Source: Gonapodya sp. JEL0774 (Eukaryota). Taken from it: a DNA stretch of 64,000 nt. Positions 1-12,789 of this stretch are shown here, one piece after another. The position numbers and the translations under genes are program-made. The notes beneath the pieces were generated by a model, which had not been told where the DNA came from, made no database searches, and saw only the letters and a list, made by a program, of their open reading frames with translations. Location: contig JADIIX010000129.1 in assembly GCA_027604505.1 (NCBI GenBank), positions 1-64,000 of the forward strand, given 5' to 3'. Positions within the stretch are counted from its first letter, which is position 1. Every line of letters starts with the position of its first letter.

Positions 1-169
1 TACAAACCATCGACTCACCCCTCTTTGTGAGTTTTCCCCGACCAGAGTGGGGCCCGGCAACCTTTGCCGAGCAGCTCCTGTGACCCCATTCACTTCTTAA
101 AATCAAAAGAATGAAGGCCCACTTCGCTTTCACTCAGCGAAACTTCGTCACAACAGTCTTGACCTGGCA

Positions 170-1130
170 ATGGGTGTTCTGATGGGTGACCTTCGTGTAC
201 AGCACCGGGTTCTCCTTCCTCATCGCCTTCACTATGTCCATCCAGCGCTTCTGCATTGTATCTCACTTTCCTGTTGCTTCAAAGGGCCAGATTACATTGG
301 CATGGTGCATCAGGACAACAGACAATGTGGTATTCCATGTAAAGTACTTCCCGGTGGATGCTTTGATAGCAGTAACCACGGTTCCCATTTCAATTGGCAT
401 GCTTGTTACAGTGTATTGGTGACAACACTCTGGGCAATTGTTTTGAGTTTTGCAAACTCCGGCATGAATGGTTTTCATGGGGAGCTGAGGACAAAGATGA
501 AATAGAACTAAATGAGCCCCAAGTTGCAAAAAAAAAGTTACCTCCTTCTCTTCTTCCATCATCTTTGTCCACGTATCTCCAATAGTAGCTCCAACAATCC
601 TGACTCTGTACTCCAGATGCTCCTGCCTGAACTCCTGCTCCTTCGATCTCTGGAAGAAAGTATAGCCCAATGGTAGCAGCTTCACCTTTTTCTGAGACGA
701 TGCTGGTTTGCAGGGGTGTCTGGGCTTCTTTGAGGCATTTCCAGGCTTGTGTGTTGGTAATGACTCAGTTGTCTTGTTGTCAGGTGCCAAGATGGCATCT
801 GGAACCCACAAATAGACCAAGTACATGAGAAAATACCACATTTATGATAGTAGTTGTGATTGGTACAGAAATGTTTCTCAACTGTGCTCTTACCGTGAAA
901 ATCCAGGTCATCAGACTTGCTGCTGCTTAACATGAGATTTCCGCTGAGATTTGCAATGTGTGACACCTCTTCAACAAGGTCATCAGTAGATTGATATGTT
1001 GCAGAGCCTCTGGAGGACTTTGAGGATTTATTTGCGATGTCAGGGAATGGCAAGCAAGATGTGTAGTAGGCAAAAAACCAGGGTTGTGTTGCGAGTGACT
1101 CATTTGTATTCATCACAAATTGACTAATAT
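170..1130 (-). pseudogene. Degraded ORF remnants in a CpG-depleted block (decayed repeat or pseudogene, function unknown)
   Basis: Overlapping broken minus-strand ORFs 263-841 and 682-1116, with a Cys cluster (CPQL...CPECC). Only 2 CpG in 601-840. No recognisable family. Confidence 0.35.
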
Positions 1131-1216
1131 AATATATTCAGCATTGTTGTACTACTGCAACGTGCAAAAATGACACTAATTGCACTCGATCGTACAAGTC
1201 AAACGAGCAGAGTTTT

Positions 1217-1354
1217 GTGCTCCCAATTTGGACTCAAGAATTGGGAGGGCACCAAATATGTTTGCCCGTGCCACATACCTTGTGTGCACCAAAGTTGGAA
1301 AAACTAAATTCTGCGCAACCTCTCTAATAACTGAATGTGGTGCGCAACCTCTCT
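1217..1354. repeat. Inverted repeat plus a 14-nt direct repeat at the edge of the degraded block
   Basis: gtgctcccaatt (1217-1228) pairs with aattggga-gg-gcac (1239-1252). tgcgcaacctctct occurs at 1312-1325 and 1341-1354. Confidence 0.7.
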
Positions 1355-1435
1355 CTTGAGCTCCTTGTAGACAAAAGAAGAGACATTCAAAATAAAAGAG
1401 TATATTCTGTGTCTACAAGTACGTGGCCATTAGCT

Positions 1436-4400
1436 CTATTCAATCAACTCCACATAATTGGCTGGCAGTAGTCCCTTTTTTGCAGTTCCCACTTTTGTTC
1501 CTGTCCACCATCCAGCATCATCTCGTGATGCAATTGAGATTATATCACCAGGTTCAAATGAGATTTCATCAGCCTCTTGTGCCTGAGTCAGATTGGGCAG
1601 ACATGGTAAAAAGCAGATGGAAACACAGGAAGGTGCATTTATGAAAAAAACGAGGTGCAAATAAATGTGCAACGCACCTGATATGCATACAATGCTTTGG
1701 CACGTGGCAGTTTCTTAGGTGGTGGTGGTGGTGGTTTCCCTTTTGCCTTCACTGCAGATGCAACTCCAACAGCACCCTCACTGGAGCTGTGTCCACTGAG
1801 GTTGAGCCGCCCATTTGATCCGGCTGCTGCCCCAGAACCCACAGGAACCACCTGATTCAATTTAGGAGTAGAGTGCAAGTTGGTCCCCAAAGTAGATTTA
1901 AGGTTCCCAATCGATCCACTTCCACCAAACCGCTGATTCAGCTGTGATGATAAACTGTGGTGGCTACTTAATTGGGAGTCTTGGTCCTCCTGCACTGCAA
2001 CTGGTTCAATTTTGCTCTGGGCTGTTACCCAGTTTTGGGAATGTGCAGCACCAATCTTACTGCTACGGGATTGCCCTGAGCGAGATCTACGCATTACCTG
2101 CAGCACAACATCTGCAAAGCTCACACCTTCCTTTCGGACAGGCTGTGTAGTTGGTGGAAGGCCTGGAGCCACCCGTACCTCAGCAATCTTCCCAGGCTAT
2201 ATAGTAGCATTGTGACAGGGCTATTAAGAAAGTGGCTTGCTTGGAAAAGGGACGTAACTCAGACCTTAATGACTGGTTTGGAGACACTAGTATCTGATAC
2301 AAAATTCATGGTCTGCTGTGCTGAGCCCTGAAATATTCCAGTCTTTTTGGTAGTGTACTGGATACTGAAGTCTCAAAGAGCATAAATTTGCGAACTGCAT
2401 AGTCATTACTTTTATTCAAAACTCACGTGTCGCTGAAGTTGAGGAAAAGGCCTGCAAATATCAGGATTACCACAGTTCTGCCTAAATGATTTCAGGCATC
2501 CAACGTTGATGGCACTTACTCTTCTTTGTTGCTCGCAAGTAATTCTCGCTCAGTATTGTAATAAGCTCGGTCTTGTAAGGACATTCACATATTGTTGAAT
2601 AATCAGATGCGTGTATTACCACAAAATTGTCCGCGTGCCGACTTGGTGTTAAAATTTCCATTGAAGTCAACTTCATTCGGCTGGTGTGATCAAGCTATAT
2701 ATGTTGTTCACACACCTTAGCATCACACCGGAAATCTCGCCAAGTATGATCTTTCGTTTCACCACTTTCATGAGCACGTTCTTATTCTTCGGATCTGGTT
2801 CTGCAGATAGCTCTGATCTTTCACCACCGATCTCTTCAGGAGGGGAAGGTATAGGGTCACATACCAGTACCAATGATGAATACGTGCTGGTCCGATATGA
2901 GAAGCTCCCTGTTGACCATCTTCCGAATGCAGATGAAACTACGTTAAGCCCCCCGCCGATCGATTCTACTTTCCATCAACGGTTACCTTGTATCGCCGGT
3001 CATATTTCTGAACAATCGCGGCAAAGCTGATGAGCTCGCTTTTGCCCTTTCATAATCAGAGCGATTCTGCACGTGAGATACCCACAAAGAGAAAGCAACG
3101 TTGAGGTCACCCACCACCAATGCTTTCAGTGTTGCATTATCGTTCACGTTTCCAAGATGATCACCGATAAATTCGGCATCAAGTGACTCTCGTCGACGCT
3201 CCTTCTGCTTGTATAGGATGTCAACCGCCTGGATGAACAGCTTGTTAGCTCTCCCCGGAGAACATGATAGTCAATGGACGAGGAGCGCGCGCACTTTCTT
3301 GCGCAGCTCGACAAAATGCTTGCGTGCTTTTGCTTTCCTCCAGTGCCGTTGGATAGTCTTCGCGTAAGAATCAAACTTGCGTTCACGCAGTTCCTCTAGA
3401 AGAAATAGCGATTCAGGAGCTTTGATGAACACCTACATGTTTGTACAGGTTCAGATCGCAAATGGAATGATGCCATGAAGTCTTTCAGCCCGGAGCGTCA
3501 CCTTTGTTTTCCCCAATTGCCACTGATCTTGACCTAGATTTGCCGCATCCATGATGACTTTAATACCCTGTTATCGGCAGGTGAACATGAAGACCAGCGC
3601 GGGACAGTAACACCAGAAGCGATTTACCGATTTCGCCTCACCGCGCCAGCTAGGGTACGTTTCCTTTGTCAAAATAGCGTATCGCTTCAGAAACTTATCT
3701 GGAATTACAGGTCGAGACCACATCTCACTGAATCGTCCCCTTCACCGCTTCTGGAAGGCATTTACATACCAAACGGTCCTCGGTAGCAGAATCCCGCTCG
3801 CCGAACTTTGATGTTTTCCTTCACTAAACGAGTGAAAGGGTACATTCAACCCACGCATTCAGTGAACAGCCTGCAAATTCGACCAGGGATACTCACAGTT
3901 AAGGTAGCGCACTTGATGGTCGACTCTGTGAGATGACATAAATGATCCATCTATCTCAAGAGGTAAGCTGCGAAATACTTCACATACCGCGAGTGGTCCC
4001 AATCGTGCGGTTGCTTATTTTCGTTTGGTTTTATGCAGCGAATGTACGATGGCACACACTTCGTGAGCTAGAGAAGGCGAGATGACATGACAAAAAAGCG
4101 CATCAATCCCATCAGAGCGAAGAGCGCGCACCGTGGATACAAGCTTTTGGCTCTGGTCCCGAATCTTTGTACCAGCTAGAACGGCGACCCAAGACCAATC
4201 TTAGTACTCCCACCTCCCTTATCCGTTAACAGCATAGGCTCGCCTGTTGTAGGACGCTTCTTATCATCCACGTCCACTGATTCGGGGAACAAATCCTTGA
4301 TGAAACCGCTGTGGAGGATAGCCTATGTGATCAACACCGATCACAAATCACAACAGATTCTCCTACTTGGAAGTGCTTTGCATACTGTGGTCGCGATAAG

Positions 4401-7400
4401 CTTGAATCGGTTCATGTATCGCGGGTTGGAACAGACTTACAGTATGATCAAGTCCCTGAACAGCGAATCCTTATTGGACTCCACAAACCCATCTGAATCA
4501 TAATCCACGGAGCCTGCATAGTGATGAACTGTGAAGTGAGAGCCTGCTGTTCCAAGATGTTTGTTGCTGCCTATTGTAGACCCCAGTTTCTCAACGAACT
4601 TGGAATCCGCTCCATCTAACGAATTGCCAAATGAACGAGAGTTACGAGACACGGTACAAAACGATTAAAGACTGTTTCCTCACCGGTGACGGCATGCATT
4701 GTTGCGCAGACGTCATCCAATACTGAGAATATGCCCGGAGGACGTTTTGCCTCTATCAAGTCGACCACGATTCTGACGATCTCTTGGAGTTAAAGAAAAA
4801 CTGAACCTTTTTCAGGATCATTTGTTCTCACCGATTGTTGAAGTACGGTATGGGCTCCCACTTAATTCCTTCCGCGGCTGGTGAGGATGCGACAAGTCAA
4901 CAATCAAATGCACCGTTTAATTTCTGAATCAATAGGACAACGAACCATACTCTTCCTGTTCATTCTTTAGCGTGAGCTCAATGAAAACTGGAACCACGTC
5001 GAAAATTTTATATGATGAGTTAACACTAATCCCGCAAGATAACCCACTCTGCTGTAACCTTTCGTTAACATAATTGATTGAGAACTGCTGGTACCCATTC
5101 TTTTGGAAGACTGAGAGTGACATCAGAGGTAAGCTCTGTCTTTCAGAAAGACAGAAGTAAGCTCTGTCTTTCTAAAAAGTTTACCTACTTTCAAAGCCTT
5201 CGACAAACAGGATTAGAACTTGCTACAAGAGATTAGAATCGCTTGACACACCATAAATATCCAAAACTCCCAGCACAACGGCTTTGGAAGATCCCGGATA
5301 CAGCATTGCATTATTGACGGCACTCACGATCCAATCGAACATCCCTACAATGGAAAAAACAAAACGTTAAGTCAAAGGCTTGGTCGAGCAATTCACAAAA
5401 CATACCACCCACTAGTATACAATGCCTTGGCAAGTGCGTCGCGTGTTGTTCGAGCTTGTTGAGCATTCAGTGGGACATTGTACGACTCGCCCCTTCGACC
5501 AGTCTCAATGTATCTCGAAGTCAGTTTTGTCTGAAGGTCATTTTCTTGGATACCAAGAAGAAACGCGGGGTAGGCGAGGGATCGCTGATCGGAGAGCTGA
5601 GCATGATTGTTGTCCTCATCGAATTCAAGATTTCCCAAGTGTAGCACACCGGCCAGGATCTTGTGGGACAGTAATATTTTGGACAAACGATTCGTCTCAA
5701 TCAAATCTCCGATACGCACTGCAAGTATGGTAGACTGGTCGGACTCAGCGATCTTACAAACTCCCATGGCCGTTCGCATTGCCTGATATTCCTCTGCATC
5801 ATCAATGCCGTCTGCATCGAACGCTTTCGAGCAGCTGGGTGGGATGTAGCACATCACCTTGAGCGTTGTTGTTGCTTGGTCCACCAAACCAGTGGTGCTC
5901 ACTTCAAATAATTAAAATACTGGGGCCCGGACGAGAGGCCAAGATCCTTTTTCTCCTGAGTTGACGCCGCCTTCGTCAGTTGGTAAAAAACGTGGAAGTT
6001 CCTCTCGCCTTTTTTCCCGAGAAATGAGAGATTATGGGTCCAGGAGGATTATCAAGGGCACGGGCACCTTACCTTGGCTTGGACCGACGACCCGACTCTT
6101 TTCAAGCAAAAAATTGCTAATAGTTCCACCGACTGGTTGTCCTCCACGAGAAAATGCGATTTCGAAATACTTTCCGAACCGACTGGAGTTATTGTTTCGC
6201 AAGGTTTTTGCGTTGCCAAAAGCCTCGAGAAGAGGATTCGACTGCATGTAGAAAATGAAGTATTTGTACACCTGTCGGACTCAACTGCAATAGATTCCCA
6301 CCTCCAAAATAATTCGCTTAACTTGCTCGACCACCTCAGTTCCTCTTCCAGAAACTGCGGCCAGGTAGTTCATAACGAGCTTCGCACTGCCAAACGGAAA
6401 TGGTGAGGCCGATGGCACCTGGTACAAAGCCCCATCCCAACGAAAAGCACAAACTCCCACCTTTCCGTCTTACCGGCTCCAGATTCGCCCGATATAATGA
6501 CGCACTGACTCTCTTCGTCCGAGACAAGGTGTTGAAACATTGTATCCGTCAAGGCATAAATGTGAGGAGGATTTTCATGCGAGGCAGCTCCACGGTAAAG
6601 TTGAATTTCTTTCGAGGTGAAATAGGGTAACTTTTTGTATGGATTCTGGGTCAAAAGCGTTCCATCAACAATTTGTCTCAGACCGAGATTTTCAAATAAC
6701 AAAAGACGGAACCAAGTTTGTAGATTTTGTGGCACCCAAAATTCACCACAAAATGCACAATGTCGTGCATCCGAGTCGAATCTGAGCCCATCTCGGAACC
6801 AGTTACGAGACTTCAAACTTCCACTACCTCGGACACACCGAAGATACAGCTTCCATTCCACGCAAGATTGACCCGTAACATCACAAGAAGTGGCATCATA
6901 GTCTGAGCTTAATGGAATCAAGCCTCGCGCCCTTTCGACGACGGAAGCGACCTCCAAGAAGACCGAAATCTCCGCATAATCAAGCTCCCCCTTTTCCATC
7001 TTCATTTGGTTTGTGCTGTGATATGCACGATCGTAAATCGGCTTCCGTTTCTTGGCGATGGCACTCACCAAAGCCACCAACGTTGGTCCAATGTAGGTGT
7101 AGATGGCATCCGCCAAGTACCTTTTGGCAGGAGGCGGTATAGTCAGATGATTTGGCAGTTAGAAAATAAGGCCGAGAGTGAGAGTTTCCAAGTTCCCCGT
7201 GATGGTGATAGTAATTTCATTTTCGCGTGTTAACGAGTAGAGTGGCTACCATCATGACGGAGAATGGCGAAGGACCGCAATCAGTAGCACACGCACCTCT
7301 TTTTCAAGTTTTCGACGATCTGATCTTCCACGACCTTCGTCAGAAGAACCATGTCCTCCACCCCTGCGCTCTGATTGGCCTTGGACTGCCAGAAAGCCCT

Positions 7401-7406
7401 GTTCAT
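1436..7406 (-). CDS. MYO1: Class I myosin, long-tailed (motor, IQ, TH1, Gly/Pro-rich TH2, C-terminal SH3); many introns
   Basis: N-terminus [24 protein letters not shown] (ATG 7406). P-loop [55 protein letters not shown]3 ends [15 protein letters not shown] at 1436. Confidence 0.96.
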
Positions 7407-7581
7407 AGACCCACAAACATGAATCAGATATGCACCATCAAGGGCTCGATGGGAGGACAGATGGTGGACACCAACATAGCACCCTGGAATTGATGGGTTT
7501 GTGACAATCGTTGATCTGTCTGTTCACAGAACAGAACAACTGCGGACACATTGGTGTCATGGCCACATCCCGGAGAACCCA
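7407..7581. promoter_or_regulatory. Short divergent (probably bidirectional) promoter region
   Basis: Only 175 nt lie between the myosin I ATG (7406, minus) and the GGTase-I beta ATG (7582, plus). Confidence 0.5.
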
Positions 7582-9124
7582 ATGGTACCACAAGAGGACA
7601 CGCCCCCCGCTAATCTCACCTTAGCCAGAGACAAGCACGTACGGTGTGAGTGGTACATGATATTTTCCGATTTCTACGGGCAATCTGGCATCTGTCGCAT
7701 TTTCATATCGATTCCAAGACTTCCAACAATGTTTGAAAGTTCTGCCACGTCCCTACGTCAGCGGTGAAACGAACCGCATGACGTTTGCCTTCTTTGCTCT
7801 GGGTGCCTTGGATCTGTTGGGCGCCGTGAATGATTTTCCACCACACGAGCGTCAGGAAATGATTGATTGGATTTACGCGCAACAGGTGAGCCTGTCAGGG
7901 AGATGTCCTAGCAATAGTTCGTAGCGCACTCCTGAAGTATTTCAATAGATTCTACCTGACCCAGAAGGTGGGTGACGACACATCCTTGAATGGCAACGTG
8001 GTTTATGTGAGACATCTGATTGCAATTCTTGCAGACCCTTGTCGCGTATGTGGCTTTCGTGGTGGTCCCTTCATGGGATCTCAGTTTTCCGCAGATGGAG
8101 TGAGTGGATGAACATTTGTGTGAGATTTCTGTTCGAAAGTCAATAGTCTTGCATCGGGAGGACTCAAAACTCCATCCATACGACGGTTCGCATATCACCA
8201 TGACTTACACTGCGATTCAATGTCTCCTCATCCTGGGTGATGATCTTTCGAAAGTGGACCGGAATGCTGTGACGGGGGGTTTGGCTACACTTCAGCAATC
8301 AAATGGGAGCTATACACCTGTGGTTGGAGGCATGGAATCGGACATGCGCTTTCTTTATTGCGCTTGTGCAGTAAGCTACATGCTCAACGATTGGCGAGGC
8401 GTAGATATTCTGCGGGCAACTCGCTTCATCGAAGCAAGTCGTGTGAGAAGCAATGTTAATCAGATTTCGATTTTGCGTTTTTTTATGAACGTCCTCTTTC
8501 TGCTAACGTGTGGAGTCTTATGACTTTGGTTTTGGCCAAGGCCCCACTCTCGAGTCGCATGGTGGATCGACATTCTGTGCTCTATCATCGCTGTGGCTCA
8601 TGAGCCAGAATAATCCCATCATAGAATCGTTTTCCCCCATGACAGCCAAGTGGTGTCTCTCGTTGCAAGAAAATGGTTTTCATGGCAGGCAGTATAAGCC
8701 AGATGTATGTAAGTTGTTGCGATCAAACGCTACCGACACTGACTTCTTTTCTTGCACCCAATGTTAGGACACCTGTTATTCATTTTGGATTGGGGCGTCT
8801 TTGAAGGTAAATTCAGGTACATATTGCTGCATGTCACATCTGAACGCTCAAGGTCCCCATGGACATCAGATCCTTTCTGCTGACGTATTTATCAACAAAT
8901 CGCTAAATGTGGATTTCCTCTTGGGTACGCAGAACCAAATCATTGGTGGCTTTGGCAAATATGCACATATGCCGCCAGACATTTTGCACGCTTACATGGG
9001 GTTAGCTGCTCTGAGTTTGATGGACTATCCAGGTTTAAAACCGATAAATCCAGCTCTGAATTTGTCTCGGGATGTAGTGGAGTTTATGCAGTCGAGTAGT
9101 GTTTGGTGGAAAAGGTCATCATGA
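7582..9124 (+). CDS. PGGT1B: Geranylgeranyltransferase type-I beta subunit
   Basis: ETNRMTFAFFALGALDLL, SHITMTYTAIQCLLILGDD, ESDMRFLYCACAVSYML, ESHGGSTFCAL, GRQYKPD-TCYSFWIGASL and PDILHAYMGLAALSL prenyltransferase repeats across spliced exons. Confidence 0.93.
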
Positions 9125-9345
9125 CTGCATGTAGTGTACTATGCAGACAGGGTCCGCTCCAATTGATTTGGCCCAGTCGTTCTGACGTCACATTGATGTA
9201 GTAGACTTAGTTTCTGCGGAACGAAAGTAGTAAATAGGGAATTGGTTAAGCCGTTCACGATCGTCCGGGTGTCAATAATTGTGGGTCTTCGCACATACAC
9301 ACCCGGCAGACTTCCCCTGTGGATAAGCCGCTCCATCGATCCATC

Positions 9346-12096
9346 ATGGCTTCCACAACAGACCCATCGCATGCAGCTGTCACCTCACAGTCTGTCCCAC
9401 ATCATCCATTGGCTACCGGCGTCATAGGCTCACATATCGAGCAACTTGGGTACGAATGGGTGGAGCTTGTCGACCCATCCTCCAAGAACTGCTTCTTTGC
9501 GAATATTAAGACGGGAGATTGTATATGGTCAAGACCAGAAGGAACGAGCATGTGAGGTTTCGTGAAAACTCTTTCTGCTTCGATTTTGCATCCAATACCG
9601 CCGGAATCCGGAATCCTCAATCGCCCCTGGCATCATGATACCTGCTCATAATCTCTATCGATCGACCGTGTGCGGTCCATCATATGACCCTCAGCCGGTT
9701 CTCTAACCCGGAAGGGAATGAATGGTGGGAGCTTTGGGACTCGCAACAGTCAAGGGTCTACTACTACAATACAAGGACTGCGAAATCAGACTGGGTGAAG
9801 CCGCCTGATGGTGGGTTGCTCATGCGCTTTTGGTTGGTTCTTTTCAACTGGAAGTGGAATCCTACATCTGACAAAACGCGCTTCTCACTTTCTCCTCCTT
9901 CACCCCGGGCAGACAACGCCATCATACCCCTCATCGCTATTCAAAAGTCTTCGGTTGGAGAGCGAATGTCCCTCACTATTGCTCCTAAATCGTCAGATGT
10001 CGTTCGAAGCCCCTCCAGACAGGGCCAACCGGCTCCACCCCTTTACTCTCCGTCCTCAGCACCTTCTCCCTTGCAACTCTCACCTTCCGCCAGCTCTGCG
10101 GTTGGTCGCTCCCTGTCTTCTTCGTCGAGATTTGCCAGAGTGCCTACATCTTCGAACCCAGATGACTCGGCAGAATCACAATTGCAGGGAGACTTGAAAC
10201 CGCTATCCACATCTGCCAACGTCTCCAGGGACCCCTCTTTCAGAACGAAACCCCACCAGCTTGTCTCGCCGAAATCTGGCCGTTATCCTGGTAGTCTCGA
10301 TAACTTGGTCAAGTCGGAATTGCTTCCTCCCCTACCCACCGCTCCACTGTCACCAAGACCCAAGGGAAGCCAAGATAACCTCCTAGTCCCCTATCATAAG
10401 GATGCAAATATTGCTGCAAAAGCGAAAACAGAAGGAATTAGCGGACCGGTGTTCAATGAAAGTGAGAATTATGTGACAACTCTCTTGCCTATGAGTCGCT
10501 TGAATATTCATCGATCTGCTGACGATCTTCACCGGACTTTTCATAGCTGCTGCCAAGCTCTTGAGCCCTTTCAATCATAAATCAATTTCACAACTCTCCG
10601 ATAAACCACAGTCATACCCAGCGTTGCCGAAAGACCTCACTCGGGACATTACACAATTTCGCATTGAAGGTTTCGCAAAGAAGTATTTTTCAGAGCATCG
10701 AAAGGGGCTATTACGGAGGCGGGTTCCCCCCGAGAAGATGCTCGAATGGTCCAAAGAATCTCTGCGGTCGCCCTTACTAGTTTTAAACAAAGACGTCCAC
10801 AAAGATGCTTTAAAGTCATTCAGAGCTATTCAATTTTTGATGGGGGACAAGGCTGGCAGCAAGTCACCTGTCACAGCCACACCACCGAACATTGATGAGA
10901 TGCAACGATTGCTGGAAATGGGCATCAACAAGGGTGTATTGCGAGATGAAATCCTTGTGCAATTGTGCAAGCAACTCACTCGCAATCCTCACAAAGAATC
11001 GGAGTACAAAGGTTGGGAACTTATGGGAGTGCTACTAATTGGGTTTCCGCCATCCAAGAACTTCGAGCAGTATCTTGAGTCGTTTATTTCCACTGGCGTT
11101 CGAAGCGAGGATGCCAAGATATCTACTCTGGCACTTAATTGTCAAAAGAAGCTTGTGCGTATTGGTAAATCCGGTCCACGAGGAAAGGTGCCGGCGGCGG
11201 CAGAGGTGGAGAGGGCAAGGGTGAGTACATTGCCAGAATGTGCTCACGAACTTACACTAAGACCAATCACACAGATTGCTGCTTATTCGCCATCGGTTTT
11301 TGGAGAGAGTCTGGAAGAGGTGATGAACATTCAGGCCAAGGACTTCCCCACAGATGAAGTTCCGCGGGTCATGGTTTTCTTGGCCGACTCCGTTCTCCAG
11401 CTTGGAGGTTGCAAGACTGAAGGAATTTTCCGAGTCCCTGGTGATGCTGACTCTGTAGCTGAGCTGAAGTGTCGGATAGAAAATCGAAATTGTGAGTGCA
11501 CCATTTACATATCCTCCTTCCTGTTATCGATCTTGTCTAATCCATAGTTCCACAGACGACATAACTGGTATTTTCGGTTCGTTCGACTTTCGTTCCTACT
11601 AATTCAAATTTGTACTCAGCTCGCTTCTCGCAGATCCCTCAGTACCCGCGTCCCTCTTGAAATTGTGGATGAGGGAGCTTGCCGAGCCCATAATCCCAGT
11701 CGAGCAGTACGAATCTTGCATTGAGGTTGGTAAGAGAGACCTGGAAAAGAAGAAAGATATGACGGAGGACGCTTGGCATATCGTGAAACAACTCCCCACA
11801 GTGAGCAGAGCGGTTGCGCAGTACATAGTACACTTTCTGAGAGTGAGAATTGTTTTTATTTTTGACATCATGGCCGCGTTTGATTCTGTGCATCGTATGG
11901 TTTCTGTTAGATCGTTGCTGATCCTGAAAATCAAAAGGTTACAAAAATGAACCTGAACAACTTGGCAATGGTGTTCGCACCAAATTTTTTGCGATGTCCT
12001 TCCGACAACCCTGCATTAATTTTTGAGAACACGAAGTACGAGCAAGCATTTTTAAAGGTGCTGATTTCTTCGAATGTCACTCTTGAATTCTGTTGA
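9346..12096 (+). CDS. WW-WW-MyTH4-RhoGAP protein (ARHGAP39/Vilse-like)
   Basis: Two WW domains (EWVELVDP..FFANIKTGDCIW; WWELWD..YYYNTRTAKSDW), MyTH4 (LRDEILVQLCKQLTRNP...GWELM), RhoGAP (EGIFRVPG, ASLLKLWMRELAEPII, KMNLNNLAMVFAPNFLRC). Stop TGA at 12094-12096. Confidence 0.92.
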
Positions 12097-12254
12097 AAGC
12101 GAGGCGTCCCCGCATCCTCGCAAATTGTCGTAGTTTCAAACTTTGCATAGGAGTGCCTTTGTCTGACATATTATTATATTTACGTATCAGTGATATATGT
12201 AGGATCAGTGCCTGTGGTTTCCTTCTCACCTAACAACTTCCGATACTCGAAACC

Positions 12255-12789
12255 ATGTCGGATCAAACCAGAGAGCTTACGCAGACTGTCGATCGTCTTA
12301 TTTCGGGGCTTGTGAGTTTCTAGCGGGGTACTTTGCAGAAATCTACCACAGTTCGTTTGGATGAAACTAGACTCCGACCTGACGGAAAAAGTTTGATGTG
12401 GTTACTGGCTGAAGCATGCTCACATAGAAAGAAGACATAGAAAGAAGACTTCTGCCATTATTGCACATACGGATATGCCGGATAACGGCCGATAATGGAC
12501 GAGAAACCTGCTTCATTTGCGCAGGTTGTTCCGCTGACCTCAACTCTCTCACGGACTGAGTTTCATTCTGCAATGTCGAAATGAAGGGCTTTTCGCGCCC
12601 GCTCTGGAACTTCTTTGACATCCCTTTTTTGAATCCACACAGCAAGTAAAATTTGAGGACATGAGCAAGCAAATTGTGGAGAAGATGGATCGCATGTCGT
12701 CTCGGATTGACAATTTAGAAAGTGTTCTGAAGCAGTTGGAGCAACAGAGTGCCACTGATACCAAGGACGGTCCGAATACAGCCAGGTAG
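12255..12789 (+). CDS. HSBP1: Heat shock factor binding protein 1 (two exons: 12255-12311 and 12643-12789)
   Basis: Spliced product MSDQTRELTQTVDRLISGL-QVKFEDMSKQIVEKMDRMSSRIDNLESVLKQLEQQ...* matches the HSBP1 pattern (Q.KF..MS.QI..R.D.MSSRID.LE). Phase-0 GTGAGT...CAG intron. Confidence 0.88.
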
